From Mobula hypostoma (Eukaryota), in the NCBI RefSeq assembly GCF_963921235.1, contig NC_086097.1, positions 192,574,001-192,638,000 of the forward strand: a stretch of DNA of 64,000 bases. The letters are read 5' to 3'. The notes under the pieces were generated by a model, which was given only the letters and a program-made list of their open reading frames with translations, was not told the origin of the DNA and searched no databases. Positions within the stretch are counted from its first letter, which is position 1; each line of letters begins with the position of its first letter. Positions 37,701 to 50,570 of this stretch are shown piece after piece. The position numbers and the translations under genes are program-made.

Positions 37701-38870
37701 TGTACCAGTATCAGCAGAACAGATGTGATGCAGACAAACAAATAAGGAGTTTAGAATATAGTCCTTATTGAAAGCAGGGTAGGAGATATGTGTGCAATGT
37801 AACTGTGAAAGTACTGAGACAATGATGAATGTTAATGTCACTAGACTATGCCTGATATGGAGGCTGAGAAGTTAAAGATGGGAAGGGGAGAGTAAGAGGC
37901 AACAAGAAAAACTTGTCCTTTCACTTCTGTTAGAAAACGAAACCTGCTGGCAGGGACAACATGGAAACAACGGCAGCCCTAAGACTTTTGGGGAAGAAAG
38001 TTGAAACAGAAAAATAGCTGGAAACACTGGGCAGGTCAGGCAACATGTGTAGAAAGTGAGTTAAGTCTTCAGGTTATAAACCAAACTTGCATTGCTCTAG
38101 GCTCCTGAGTACCAGCATCCATAACCAATTCTACTGGATGCTTTCAAACTGCTTTTCACAAATACACAGATTGGCACCACTCCAGTGTGTTCATTGTGAG
38201 GAGCAAAAATCTAGACGTTGACTGTATTTAATATGAATTATTCATTTCTAGCATGGACAAGATGCAAGTTTGAGTAGGAGCTGTTGAAGGAGAGCTGAAT
38301 ATGTCAGATATGTAAAATACTGAAGAAAGTAGAATCTTGCTGGTAAAATAGATTAGAGTTTTCCAATAGATGTGATGAGTTATTGGTAATACACAACAGC
38401 TCTATAAATGAAGAACCACTTACTAAATTAAATCTGAAGGTAATTTATTTTGTATATAACATAAAATACTCTGAAATAAATAAAATTCTGCGTAAAATTG
38501 TGTTATATTGATGATAATAGAGCTAACATATTGACCCATCTGAAGATCTCATGTCTAACCAATGACATATTGAAAATGAATTGAAACACCACGGACTTCT
38601 GGCATTATTGAATAACATAGGGCACGCCAAACACAACAGTAAATATGATGACTATTATACAGTGCCTATAAAAAATATTCACCCTCCCCCAGAAGTTTTT
38701 GTGTTTTATTGTTTGCAACATCCAATCACTATGGATTTAATTTGGCTTTTTTGACACTGATCAACAGAAAAATACACTTACATGTCAAAGTGAAAACAGA
38801 TTTCCACAAAGTGATCTAAATTACTTACAAATTTTTAAAAAAACAAAATAATTGATTGCATGAGTATTCG

Positions 38871-38909
38871 CCCCCCCCCACCCCCACCCCCACCCCCACC
38901 CCCACCCCC
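38871..38909. repeat. (CCCCCA)n tandem repeat inside the Tc1 left end
   Basis: Six C-runs of 5 or more, read directly. Confidence 0.9.
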
Positions 38910-39813
38910 TTTAACATGACACATCAAATCATCACTGGTGCAGCAAATTGGTGAACAAAGTTGCATAATTAGTTAAATGGAGATCACCTGTGTACAGTCA
39001 AGGTGGTTCAGCTGATAGTAGTAAAAATACACCTGTATCTGGAAGATCCAACTGCTGGTGATTCAGTATCCTGACAAAAACTACACTGTGAAGATAAAAG
39101 AACACTCCAAGCAACTCTGAAAATATTAAGAAGCACAAGGCAGGACACTGATACAAGAAAATTTCCAAGTCACTTGGCGCACAGTTAAGTCAATCATCAA
39201 GAAATGGAAAGAATATGGCACAGCTGTAAATTTGCCTAGAGCAGGCCATCCTCAAAACCTGAGTGATTGTGCATGAAGGTGGCTAGTGAGGGAGGCCACC
39301 AAGATACTGTACCTACAACAACTCTGGAGGAGTTACAAGCTTCATTGGCTGAGATGGGAAAGACTGGGCATATAACAGCTGTTGTCCGGGTGCTTCACCA
39401 GTTGCAGCTTTATGGGACAGTCGTAAAGAAACACCCAGTGTTTGAAAAAACTTGCATGAAATCTCAGCTAGAGTTTGCCAGAAGGCATGTCGACTCTGAA
39501 GATAGCTGGAAGAAGGTTCTATGGTCTGATGAAACCAAAATTGAGCTTTTTGGCTATCAGACTAAACACTATGTATGGTGTAAGTCCAATGGCGCACATC
39601 TATCAAAAACACACCAACCTTATCATGAAGTAGAGCGGTGGCTGTATCATACTGTGGAGCTGCTTCACTACAGAAGGTCCTGGATGGCTTGTGAAGGTAG
39701 AAGGTAAAACAAATGGAACAAATTACAGGAAAATCCTGAAGGAATACCTCATGCAGTCTGCAAAATAATTGCAACTTGGGAGAGGATTTGTTTTTCAGCA
39801 AGAAAATGATCCC

Positions 39814-41625
39814 AAGGCCTTGGCGAGTAGGGTAAAGGAAAACCCCAAGGCATTCTTCAATTATGTGAAGAAAAAAAGGATAACAGGAGTGAAGGTAGGA
39901 CCGATTAGAGATAAAGGTGGGAAGATGTGCCTGGAGGCTGTGAAAGTGAGCGAGGTCCTCAATGAATACTTCTCTTCGGTATTCACCAATGAGAGGGAAC
40001 TTGATGATGGTGAGGACAATATGAGTGAGGCTGATGTTCTGAAGCATGTTGATATTAAGGGAGAGGAGGTGTTGGAGTTGTTAAAATACATTAGGACAGA
40101 TAAGTCCCCGGGGCCTGACGGAATATTCCCCAGGCTGCTCCACAAGGTGAGAGAAGAGATTGCTGAGCCTCTGGCTAGGATCTTTATGTCCTCGTTGTCC
40201 ATGGGAATGGTACCGGAAGTTTGGAGGGAGGCGAATGTTGTTCCCTTGTTCAAAAAAGGTAGTAGGGATAGTCCGGGTAATTATAGACCAGTGAGCCTTA
40301 CGTCTGTGGTGGGAAAGGTGTTGGAAAAGATTCTTAGAGATAGGATCAATGGGCATTTAGAGAATCATGGTCTGATCAGGGACAGTCAGCATGGCTTTGT
40401 GAAGGGCAGATCGTGTCTAACAAGCCTGATAGAGTTCTTGGAGGAGGTGACCAGGCATATAGATGAGGGTAGTGCAGTGGATGTGATCTATATGCATTTG
40501 ATAAGGTTCCACACGGTAGGCTTATTCAGAAAGTTAGAAGGTATGGGATCCAGGGAAGTTTGGCCAGGTGGATTCAGAATTGGCTTGCCTGAAGAAGGCA
40601 GAGGGTGGTGGTGGAGGGAGTACATTCAGATTGGAGGATTGTGACTAGTGGTGTCCCACAAGGATCTGTTCTGGGACTATTCGTGATTTTTATTAACGAA
40701 CTGGATGTGGGGGTAGAAGGGTGGGTTGGCAAGTTTGCAGACGACACAAAGGTTGGTGGTGTTGTAGATAGTGTAGAGGATTGTCAAAGATTGCAGAGAG
40801 ACATTGATAGGATGCAGAAGTGGGCTGAGAAGTGGCAGATGGAGTTCAACCCGGAGAAGTGTGAGGTGGTACACTTTGGAAGGACAAACTCCAAGGCAGA
40901 GTACAAAGTAAGTGGCAGGATACTTGGTAGTGTGGAGGAGCAGAGGGATCTTGGGTTACATGTCCACAGATCCCTGAAAGTTGCCTCACAGGTGGATAGG
41001 GTAGTTAAGAAAGCTTATGGGGTGTTAGCTTTCATAAGTCGAGGGATAGAGTTTAAGAGTCGCGATGTAATGATGCAGCTCTATAAAACTCTGGTTAGGC
41101 TACAATTGGAGTACTGTGTCCAGTTCTGGTCACCTCACTATAGGAAGGATGTGGAAGCATTGAAAAGGGTACAGAGGAGATTTACCAGGATGCTGCCTGG
41201 TTTAGAAAGTATGCATTATGATCAGAGATTAAGGGAGCTAGGGCTTTACTCTTTGGAGAGAAGGAGGATGAGAGGAGACATGATAAGGTGTATAAGATAA
41301 TAAGAGGAATAAATAGAGTGGATAGCCAGCGCCTCTTCCCCAGAGCACCACTGCTCAATACAAGAGGACATGGCTTTAAGGTAAGGGGTGGGAAGTTCAA
41401 GGGGGATATTAGAGGAAGGTTTTTTTACTCAGAGAGTGGTTGGTGCATGGAATGCACTGCCTGATTCAGTGGTGGAGGCAGATACACTAGTGAAGTTTAA
41501 GAGACTACTAGACAGGTAGATGGAGGAATCTAAGGTGGGGGCTTATATGGGAGGCAGGGTTTGAGGGTTGGCACAACATTGTGGGCCGAAGGGCCTGTAC
41601 TGTGCTGTACTATTCTATGTTCTAT
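39814..41625 (+). mobile_element. Young CR1 LINE 3' 1.8 kb (RT domain nearly intact)
   Basis: ORFs 39769..40644 and 40605..41300 (KSPGPDGI, NYRPVSLTS, SGVPQGSVLG, KFADDTK). Tail TATTCTATGTTCTAT. Confidence 0.95.
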
Positions 41626-42519
41626 AAAGCCAAAGCTACACAGGAATGTCTTAAAAACAACAACATTTATGTCCTGGAGTGGCCAAGTCAGAGTCCAGAC
41701 CTCAGTCCAATTGAAAATTTATGGCTGGACTTGTAAAGGGCTGTTCATTCACAATCCCCCATGCAATCTGACAGAGCTTGAGGAGTTTTGTAAAGAAGGA
41801 TGGGGAAAAATTGCAGTGTCCAGATGTGTTAAGTTAATAGAGACCTATCCACACAGACCCAAGGCTATGTTTGCTGCAAAGGTACATCTACTAAATACTG
41901 ACTTGAAAGGGGGTACAATCAATTACTTTGTGTTTTATATTTGTGATTAATTTAGATCACTTTGTAGAGATCTGTTTTTACTTTGACATAAATGAGTCTT
42001 TTTCTGTTTATCAGTATCAAAATAAGCCAAGTTCAATCCATAGTGATTCAAAGTTGTAAAACAATAAAACATGAAGCCTCCCAGGTGGGGGTGAATACTT
42101 TTTATGGGCATTGTACATCATCATAAACTGGCAAATTATCAGGTTAAGACAATAAAAGAAAATCAAATAAATTTAAAATTTTAACAGCATGCCAGCAGTC
42201 CTCCATTGATAAGAAACCACATGGACCTTAATGCTGGAAACAGGACCTTGTTAGTGACAGCTGAAAATCTATCCTCTGAACATTTCTTATAAATTGTGAT
42301 TAGCAACCAATTAAAACATTTGATTTCCCTGATCAGTTGATGCCAGCAACAATTAAATTATATATTTGTCAACTTGGCAACAACATTCTAAATTTGATTA
42401 CTTTTTAAGAACTCGTGTTGTAGTACAAGATTCAAAAGGTCAATATCAAATCTACAGACTAAAAATGTGTACAAAAATCAGTAATCAACAATGCACACAA
42501 AAGCAGTATTTGTCATTAA

Positions 42520-42918
42520 GGGCCCCCATCATCCAGGCCATGCTCTCTTCTTCTCGTTGCTGCCGTCAGGAAAGAGGTACAGGAGTCTGAGGTCCCTCAG
42601 GATCATCTATTACCTTTCTCTTCTCAGGCTCCCAAACCAACAGGAATAATTTCACTCACCTCAACTCACCACAGCCTATGGACTCACTTTAAGGACTCTA
42701 CAACTCACGATCTCAGTATTATTTATTTATTTGTTTGATCGTTAGTTGATTTTTTTATTTGCACAGTTTGCCTTCTTTTGCATATTGGTTATTTTTCAGT
42801 CTTCATTGACGTGTAGTTTTTCATTGATTCGATACTATTTCTTTGTTCTACTATGAATGCTTGCAAAATGAATCTCAGGGCAGATACATACTTTGTTAAT
42901 AAATTTATCTTGAACTTC
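42520..42918 (+). mobile_element. Rex1/Babar 3' end fragment
   Basis: HHPGHALFFSLLPSGKRYRSL motif and AATAAATTTATCTTGAACTT tail. Confidence 0.7.
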
Positions 42919-43359
42919 GTCTTAATATCACTAAATTTGAACTCAAACTATATATAAATTTGTTTTTTATGTATATGAAGGAAGAATCCCTCCAATTACA
43001 AGTTAATAAGATAAATTTCAAGTTTGAATAAAGAAACTACTTTATCCTTTAAATTAAATCCTTCAGGTGATTAAGATAGCAAGGAATATTCATATAATTT
43101 TGCTCAATTCATACATGAATTTGTAAGAAATGCCAATTATACAAAATCATCCTACAACTAGCAATATATAATTTTGTCAATGCAGTAAAACTATTTGAAA
43201 AGGAGAGCTGTCAATCAAAATTCAACACCAAGGTACAGATATCAGGGCCAAAAGCTTGGTCAAACAGGAAGGTTTTAAGATATGCTTTACAATATGAGAA
43301 TGAGAGTGGAATTTGCGGAAGTTTAGAGAAAACTGACAACTAATAGTCAACACACCTTA

Positions 43360-44170
43360 AAAAGTTCAAAAATTTAAAGTTGAAAGTAAATTAATTGTCA
43401 AAGTACATATATGTCACCAAATACAACGCTGAGGTAATTTTCTTGCAGCAATATTCAATAAATCCATAATTGAATAATAACCATTATATAGAATTGATGA
43501 AAGACCACATCAACTTGGACATTCAACTAGTGTGCAAAATACAACAAACTGAGCAAATACAAAAATAAATTAATAATAAATAAATAAGCAATAAATATCA
43601 AGAACCTATGATGAAGAGTCCTTGAAAATGATTCCATGGGTTGTAGGAATGCTTCAATGATGGGGCAAGTGAAGTTGTCCCCTTGGTCAAGAGCTTGATG
43701 GTTGACACGTGATTTTCACTGAACCTGGTGGTATGAGTACTGAAGCTTCTGTGCCACTTTCCTGATGGCAGCAGCAAGAAGAGAGCTAGGTGGTGGGGAT
43801 CCCTGATGATGGATGTTGCTTTCCTGTAACAACACTTCGTATAGATGTGCTCAGTGGTGGGCAGGTCTCCAAGCAGCTCTGAAAAGGCTCTACCCTTGAT
43901 GGACTGAGCCTTATCCACTACTTTTTGTTCAAGGGCATTGTCCTTTCCATACCTTGCTGTGCTGCAGCCAGTCAATGTACTGTCCATCACACAAGTATAG
44001 AAGTTTGTCAAAGTATTAGTTGTCACGCCGAATCTTTACAAACTCCCGTGGAAGTAGAGCAGCTGCCATACTTTCTTCATAATTGCACTTACACGCTACG
44101 CCCAGGACAGGCCCTCCAAAATAATAACACTGAGGAATTTAAAGTTGCTGTCGCTCTGCACCTCTGATAA
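43360..44170 (-). mobile_element. Rex1/Babar 3' fragment
   Basis: ORF 43598..44026 TLTNFYTC...KATSIIRDPHH..LF.LLPSGK. Confidence 0.8.
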
Positions 44171-44344
44171 TCTGATATGCTGATTTGTCACCACCTTTGA
44201 TTCCACCTATAACAGCAATGTCATCTTCTCACCTGGGAAAATGTCAACCCTCCCTCCAAGAAATAGCACACTGCATTTGCAACTTCCAGCCACTAATGAC
44301 ATCTCCAAATAAGGAATCCTACCCCCATTAACAAATATAACATA

Positions 44345-44913
44345 GATATTGAGGTAATAATGCAGCTCTATAAAACTCTGGTTAGGCCACACTTGGAGTA
44401 TTGTGTCCAGTTCTGGTCGCCTCGCTATAGGAAGGATGTGGAAGCATTGGAAAGGGTACAGAGGAGATTTACCATGTTGCTGTCTGGTTTAGAGAGTGTG
44501 CATTATGATCAGAGATTAAGGGAGCTAGGGCTTTACTCTTCGGAGAGAAGGAGGATGAGAGGAGACATGATAGAGGTGCTCAAGATAATAAGAGGAATAG
44601 ATAGAGTTGATAGCTAGCGCCTCATCCCTAGGGCACCATTGCTCAGTACAAGAGCACATGGCTTTAAGGTAAGGGGTGGGAAGTTCAAAGGGGATATTAG
44701 AGGAAGGTTTCTTACTCAGAGAGTGATTGGTGCGTGGAATGCACTGCCTGAGTCAGTGGTGGAGGCAGATACACTAGTGAAGTTTAAGAGACTACTAGAC
44801 AGGTACATGGAGGAATTTAAGATGGGGGGGTTATATGGGAGGCAGGGTTTAAGGGTCGGCACAAAATTGTGGGCCGTAGGGCCTGTACTGTGCTGTACTA
44901 TTCTATGTTCTAT
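44345..44913 (+). mobile_element. Young CR1 3' fragment (same subfamily as 39814-41625)
   Basis: MQLYKTLVRPHLEYCVQFWSP; near-identical to ~41066-41625. Confidence 0.93.
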
Positions 44914-45374
44914 GTATAATGGTGGAGAATCCAAAGGGAAAACGTTGAGTGTGCAAAGCCTATTCAGGATCTCTGCTGTACTGAATTTTTCAAGAGCAGA
45001 TTTGACATTTCTTGCAAATTCATGTATGAATTCAGCAAAATTATATGAATTTGTCTTGCTATCTTGGTCTCCTGGAGGAATTAAAGAGCAAGCCATGAAT
45101 CCAAATAACGTCTCCATGACAGAGTAATGTACCCATAGAGTATACGGGTTAATTTGTAGGCAATGAAATCTTTTTTGGAATGATTATCATGTCACTAACA
45201 GGAGACTAAAGAAAATTGTTTTTAGAGAAAACCTTTAATTTGGAATTAATTCAAAAGGATTAATTCAAAACCACAGACTTATCAATATTAGAAATTTTCT
45301 GTTGGAAATGGCAAATTCACATAGATCTTCAGGACAGCAGAGAACAAAAGGGAAAGATGACACTGTCTGGGCCA

Positions 45375-46310
45375 CGTGTACATTTTTAAAAATTCAGAAA
45401 TAAAGAGGTGCAAAGGGATTTGGGAGTCCTTGTGCAAGATTCCCGAAAGGTTAACTTACAGGTTAAGTAAAGGAAATGCAATGTTAACATTTATTTCAAG
45501 AGTGCTAGAATGTAAGATCAAGATACTGAGCAAGGGGCTTCCCTTCCTCCATCATCAATGCTGCCCTCAACCACAGGTCTTCCATTTCTGCACCTTTTAA
45601 ATCTACTCCACCACTTTTTTTCTCCAGTCCTGCCAAAGGGTCTCGGCCCAAAACATCTACTGTATTCTTTTCCATAGATGCTGCTTAGCCTGCTGAGTTC
45701 CTCCAGAATTTTGTGTGTGAGGCTTTATAAGGCATTGGTCAGGCCACATTTGGAGTATTGTGAGCAGTTTTGGGCCCCATATCTAAGAAAAGATGTGCTG
45801 GCAATGGAGAGGGTCCAGAGGACATTTACAAGAATGATTCTGAGAATGAAAGGACTAACATATGAGGAGCATTTACTTAATAATTCTGGGCCTACACCCA
45901 CTGGAGTTTAGAAAAATGAGGGTGGATCTCATTTCAACCTATCGTATATTGATAGATCTAAATAGAGTGGATGTGGAGAGAATGTTTCTTCTAGTGGGTG
46001 AGTGTAGGATCGGAGAGCACAGCCTCAGAGTAGAGGATGTCCCTTTAGAACAGAGATGAGGAGTAATTTGTTTAGCCAAATGGTGGTGAATTTGGAATTC
46101 ATTGCCATGGGTGGCTGTGGAGGTCAAGTCATTGAGAATATTTAAAGTTGAGGTTGTGCGGTTCTTGATTACTCAGGGCGTCCAACATCAAGGGGAGAAG
46201 GCAGAAGAATAGTGTTGAGAGGAATAATAAATCAGCCATGATGGAATGGCAGAGGAGACTCAATGGGCTGAGTGGCCTGATTCTGCTCCTATGTCTTATG
46301 GTCTTATGAT
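45375..46310 (+). mobile_element. CR1 3' fragment with nested PLE piece (~45530-45718, decayed hammerhead at 45625-45662)
   Basis: RLYKALVRPHLEYCEQFWAPYLRKD; tail TCTTATGGTCTTATG. The insert has PLE GFPSSII-like sequence and the terminal repeat. Confidence 0.8.
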
Positions 46311-46339
46311 CTTAGTTTTTTTTGCATGTAGAGTTATAC

Positions 46340-46730
46340 TGATGAAGGAATCAGAAAAGAGTTTTAATTTTGCAGCTTTTCTGTCCAACTCAGGATGTTC
46401 AGAAACACTTTGCAACCAGTCTTTTGAAGTGTAGTTTCCCGCAGAAGTCTATTTCCAATCTGTACAGTGACCACAGGAATCTCAGAAGTAAATAATGTTA
46501 TACATTATAGATGCTATTTGAAGGGTAAATGACTGCAGAATATTGGTACCATTCTGCTGATATACTTCCAAAGAGTTGTGCATTACCTATTGCTTCTGCT
46601 AAATGATAGATAGGAACTGAGTTTATTGTTTTATCTGAAATATAGCACTTTCAACATTGTAAGTGTCAGCTGAGGTCAGGTAGCTTTGAGACATGAACAT
46701 TTAGAAATAAGAATAGTATTACTACACCAA
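46340..46730 (-). mobile_element. Ancient Deu-domain SINE-like remnant
   Basis: Plus strand GGATGTTCAGAAACACTTTGCAACC...TTTTGAAGTGTAGT (tail) and GTTTATTGTTTTATCTGAAATATAGCACTTTCAACA resemble the reverse DeuSINE consensus as recalled. Confidence 0.45.
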
Positions 46731-48438
46731 CACCAGCATATTAACAGTACTAATGTGCTTGACATCATTGATTTATGCCTTTATGTTTCAGTTTTTACAT
46801 ACACAGCATGTCTCTGGGAAAAACGATAAATGCTTGTATTTTGTGTGGTTATTGATATAACACTCTACTGAATAAAGGCGATACGTGCTGGGAGAGCTCA
46901 TTTCTCTGTGACCTTCAAATTACACTGTGCAGTTTAGTCTGTTTTTGCTGCTCATATATTCATTATTTTTATGGTAATGCTAAAATAAATGGCTTAATAA
47001 TACCATTAAGATAATGAACAAAAGATTCCAATATGAATCTATCAGTGTTTGTTTACTAACCTTTTGCCTTTTACTGGAATAGTACACTTATGGTACACAA
47101 ATATAAAACAAACTCAGTATTTTCCATCTATCTATGGGTCATAAAATGGTGGCTACTAAATTAGTCAGTGGGCAGTAGTTTTTAAAGCATTCAACACACC
47201 TGTCTGATACAAATTCAAAAACCCAGCAGAGCTTCCCAGTACAAAGTCACAAGCTCAATTTTCACTCTGTAGCACAGCAGCTCCTCTCACCTTTGCCTTC
47301 CAACCATTGCCTATCCCCTCAGTATTAGCTCATCTTCCGTTCTACTTGACAATGATATGTTAAACAAATTGAACTTCTTAATTTCAAGATGCTGGCATAT
47401 AGTTGCATTTCAAGGTTAAGAATAATTAATGTAGATGTATTAATGATATATTGTTCACCCTATGAGCTTGAAGGTAACCACGACATCATTGATTGTTTCA
47501 AAAAGAACATGAGTGATTGATCAGACTTACTAGTACTTTCAACACCCTATGGCATGCTTAGTGATAGATGCTATTTTGGTTTGTCTTGAATACACACAGT
47601 ACCATGCTTGTGCTTCTGCTTTGCCTCAGCAGTTCTCTCTTGTATATAAGCTGCAGCTCTACTACCGGTAAGACATTGTCAGGTGAATGGATCACAAGGG
47701 TGAGAGCATATCAAAATTCTGAGGCTGCTGAACTACTTCAAAGGATCTTGAAGGAGATATTGAAATGTTTCTTTTGTCCTCTCTGAGAGGACATTTTATT
47801 GTAAAAGATATTTTAGGCAGTCATTCATATCATATCTTGATGATAGCCTTTCCATCTCACTTGGGATCTCATGAGCACCGTATTACTGCTTGGAAATTCT
47901 GCCCATGTCAGAACTCTAGTATCTAGGCCCATCATCTTACTCCCTTTTTAGTTCATGTGAAAATGGGCCAGCTCCATAGAATGGCATGTGTAAACCACTC
48001 AGACTTTATATACATACTTCTGGCTTGACAACACAATGGTTTTGTAGGCATTCAATTTTATTTATTAACTGATGAATTTGCGCATAATAAACACAGAACT
48101 TATACAGCACAGTACAAGCTCTCTGGCCCATGGTGTTGTGCCAAACGTTTAATCTACTCCACGATCAATCAAACCCTTCGCTCCTACATAACCCTCTATT
48201 TTTTGTCATCCATATGCCTATCTAAGAGTCTCTTAAATGTCACTTATGTATCAGCCCCTATCGCCACCCCTGGCAGCACATCCCTCACACCTTCAACTCA
48301 CTGTTCAAATAAGCTACCACTGACATCTCCCCTACACCTTCCTCTACTCACTTTAAAAGAATGTAATCATTGCCATTCTTGTGAAAAGGCACCGGCTAAT
48401 AGCTCCATCTGTCTCCTATAATCTTCTATACCTCTATC

Positions 48439-49717
48439 AATAATAATAATAATAATCATAACTTTATTTTTATAGCACCTTTCAAACATTAAGATGTAGG
48501 TTCAAAGTGCTTTACATAGATTGTAAAGATAAATCAATATAGTCATAAAATCAAGACAAAATTAAAAATCACAAGTAAAAACAAACAATAGATAGAATAA
48601 AACCACATCAAATATACCAAATTATATAAATATAATAAACATCAACAGGCACTAAGTAATTCTATAAGGAGGCCAAATTTAAAAAGTAGTTTTTAGAGGT
48701 GTTTTGAAGCATTCTACAGTACTAGCCTGGCATACAGTATTATCTCAGTCAGTTTCAAAGGTACATTTAATGTCAGACAAATTATACAATATACATCCTG
48801 AAATGCTTTTTCTTCGCAACCATCCATGAAAACAGAGGAGTGCCCCCAAAGAATGAATGTTAAATGTTAGAAGCCCAAAGTCTCCCCCCCCCCAGCTCCC
48901 CTCCTTCCCATGTGTAAGCGGCAGCAAGCAACAATCCCCCCTCCCCCCACTGGCAAAACAAAGCATCGGCACCCACCATCAAGCACTCAAGTGTGAGCAA
49001 AGCAACAGCAAAGACACAGACTTGCAGTACCCCAAAGACTACTTGTTCACCCAGTATTCAACATACCACAGGGTCTCTCTCTCTCCCTAATAAAGGAGAA
49101 AGAGATGTCTCCGTTTCACAGAGAGAAGGGAGAGATAACAAACAACTCGCTTGCTTATGATGTTAAAAGTCCTTTGCATCGTTTTTTTCTGAGCTCTGTC
49201 CACAAAGACCTCGGGTCCCTGAGCAAACAGCCAGAGATTTTCCGTCTCCAACGACACACCGATCTCCTGCGGAGGCACCGACCTCTGATCCCCTTGTCTC
49301 CAGAGCCACAAAATCTCAGTCCTCCAAAGGCGAGTGAAGCTCTTAGGCCAAGCCTTGGCGTGCTGAATAACGGCTAGTCGTGAAACCCTGAGAACAAACT
49401 GAACAATCTGAAGCCAATGTATACCTTTCTTAGGTAGTCCTGAAAAGAGTACCTGCAGTAGTCTAATCAACTAAAAACAAATATGTGTATCACTTTTTAT
49501 GGATCTTGATTTGTTCTGAGAAATCAAACTCTTGTAAAGCTCCTTAAGTTAAAGAATGCAGCCTTAATAATATAGCTAATATGCAATTTGAAATTTAACT
49601 CAGGGTCAATAATAATGCCTAAATTCTTTACTTCTGGCTTGATTGGTAAAGCCAGATGATTAAATTTATTTCTAAGATTCACACCTCTTTTTTTATTGCT
49701 ACCAATAACCAAAATCA
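48439..49717 (-). mobile_element. L2 LINE 3' fragment containing a further insertion
   Basis: (ATT)n tail after TGTAAAGCACTTTGAA...AGGTGCTATAAAAATAAAG (L2-type 3' end). ORF 49524..49718 VKNLGIIIDPELNFKLHISYIIKAAFFNLR. Confidence 0.8.
48748..49395 (-). mobile_element. Non-autonomous retroposon nested in L2
   Basis: Higher GC; minus-strand end TCTGACATTAAATGTACCTTTGAAACT resembles Rex-type tails. Confidence 0.5.
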
Positions 49718-50182
49718 AGTCACCTCCTATCCTCCTTTACCCCAAAGAGAAAAGCCCTAGCTCAGTCAACCTTGCTTCATAAGACATGTTCTCTAATGCA
49801 GGCAGCATGCTGGTAAGTCTCTTCTGCACCCTCCCTAAAGCTTTCAGGTCCTTCCTAGAATGAGGTAACCAGAAATAAATACAGGAGGACTAACCAGAGT
49901 TTTGCAGAGCTGCAATATTGAGAAGCTTCTGAAGAAGCTGGTTATCAACTGTAATGGCAGACTGTATACAAGACCCGCTTGATGTCGGCTGATGTTCTGC
50001 ATGATATTGATGTTGCATGCTAAATACTGCAGATTCAAAAACCTCTCATATTTTTACCCTAGGTCTCTCTATCTCAATGCTTTGATTTGTGCAGGATTTG
50101 TGTTTCACCATCCCTGGTCCTTCCTTGATTGCAAATGAGCACACCTTCCTTCATTTTTCAATATCAAAATTCTGAAACATAA

Positions 50183-50570
50183 ACTCAAGAGATTCTGCGG
50201 ATGCTAGGAATTCAGAGTAACACACACAAAATGTGAACCTCCTCGAGACCTTCTCCAAAGCCAGCACATCTTTTCTTAGATGAGGAGCCCAAAACTGTTC
50301 ACAATACTCAAGGTGCAGCCTCACCAGTACCTTATAAAGCCTTGGCATCATATTCCTGCTGTTGTATTCAAGACCGCTTGAAATGAAAGCTAACTTTTAG
50401 TGTGTTCTGCACAAGAACTCCCAAGTCCCTTTGCATTTCAGATGTTTGGATTTTCTCCCCATTTAGAAAATAGTCTGTACATTTATCTTTACTACCAAAG
50501 TGCATGACCTTGCATTTTCCAACATTGTATTTCATTTTGCCACTTTCTTGCCCATTCTCCTAATCTGTCT
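50183..50570 (-). mobile_element. CR1 fragment joined to a PLE-tail fragment
   Basis: ORF 50151..50351 RLYKVLVRLHLEYCEQFWAPHLRKD; PLE tail end at ~50183-50232. Confidence 0.7.

Larger units (their letters stand above)
38660..42113 (+). mobile_element. Tc1-family (DD34E) DNA transposon, full-length but decayed, split by CR1
   Basis: ~200-bp TIRs starting CAGTGCC and ending GGCATTG, with TA at 38658-59 and 42114-15. Transposase motifs VLWSDETKIELFG, FQQ(E)NDPK|(H)[22 protein letters not shown]; 34 residues between second D position and E. Confidence 0.93.
48090..49920 (-). mobile_element. CR1 3' part interrupted by L2 (48439-49717)
   Basis: CR1 sequence stops at CCTCTATCAA (48438) and resumes at ATCAAGTCACCTC (~49714). 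Confidence 0.75.
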
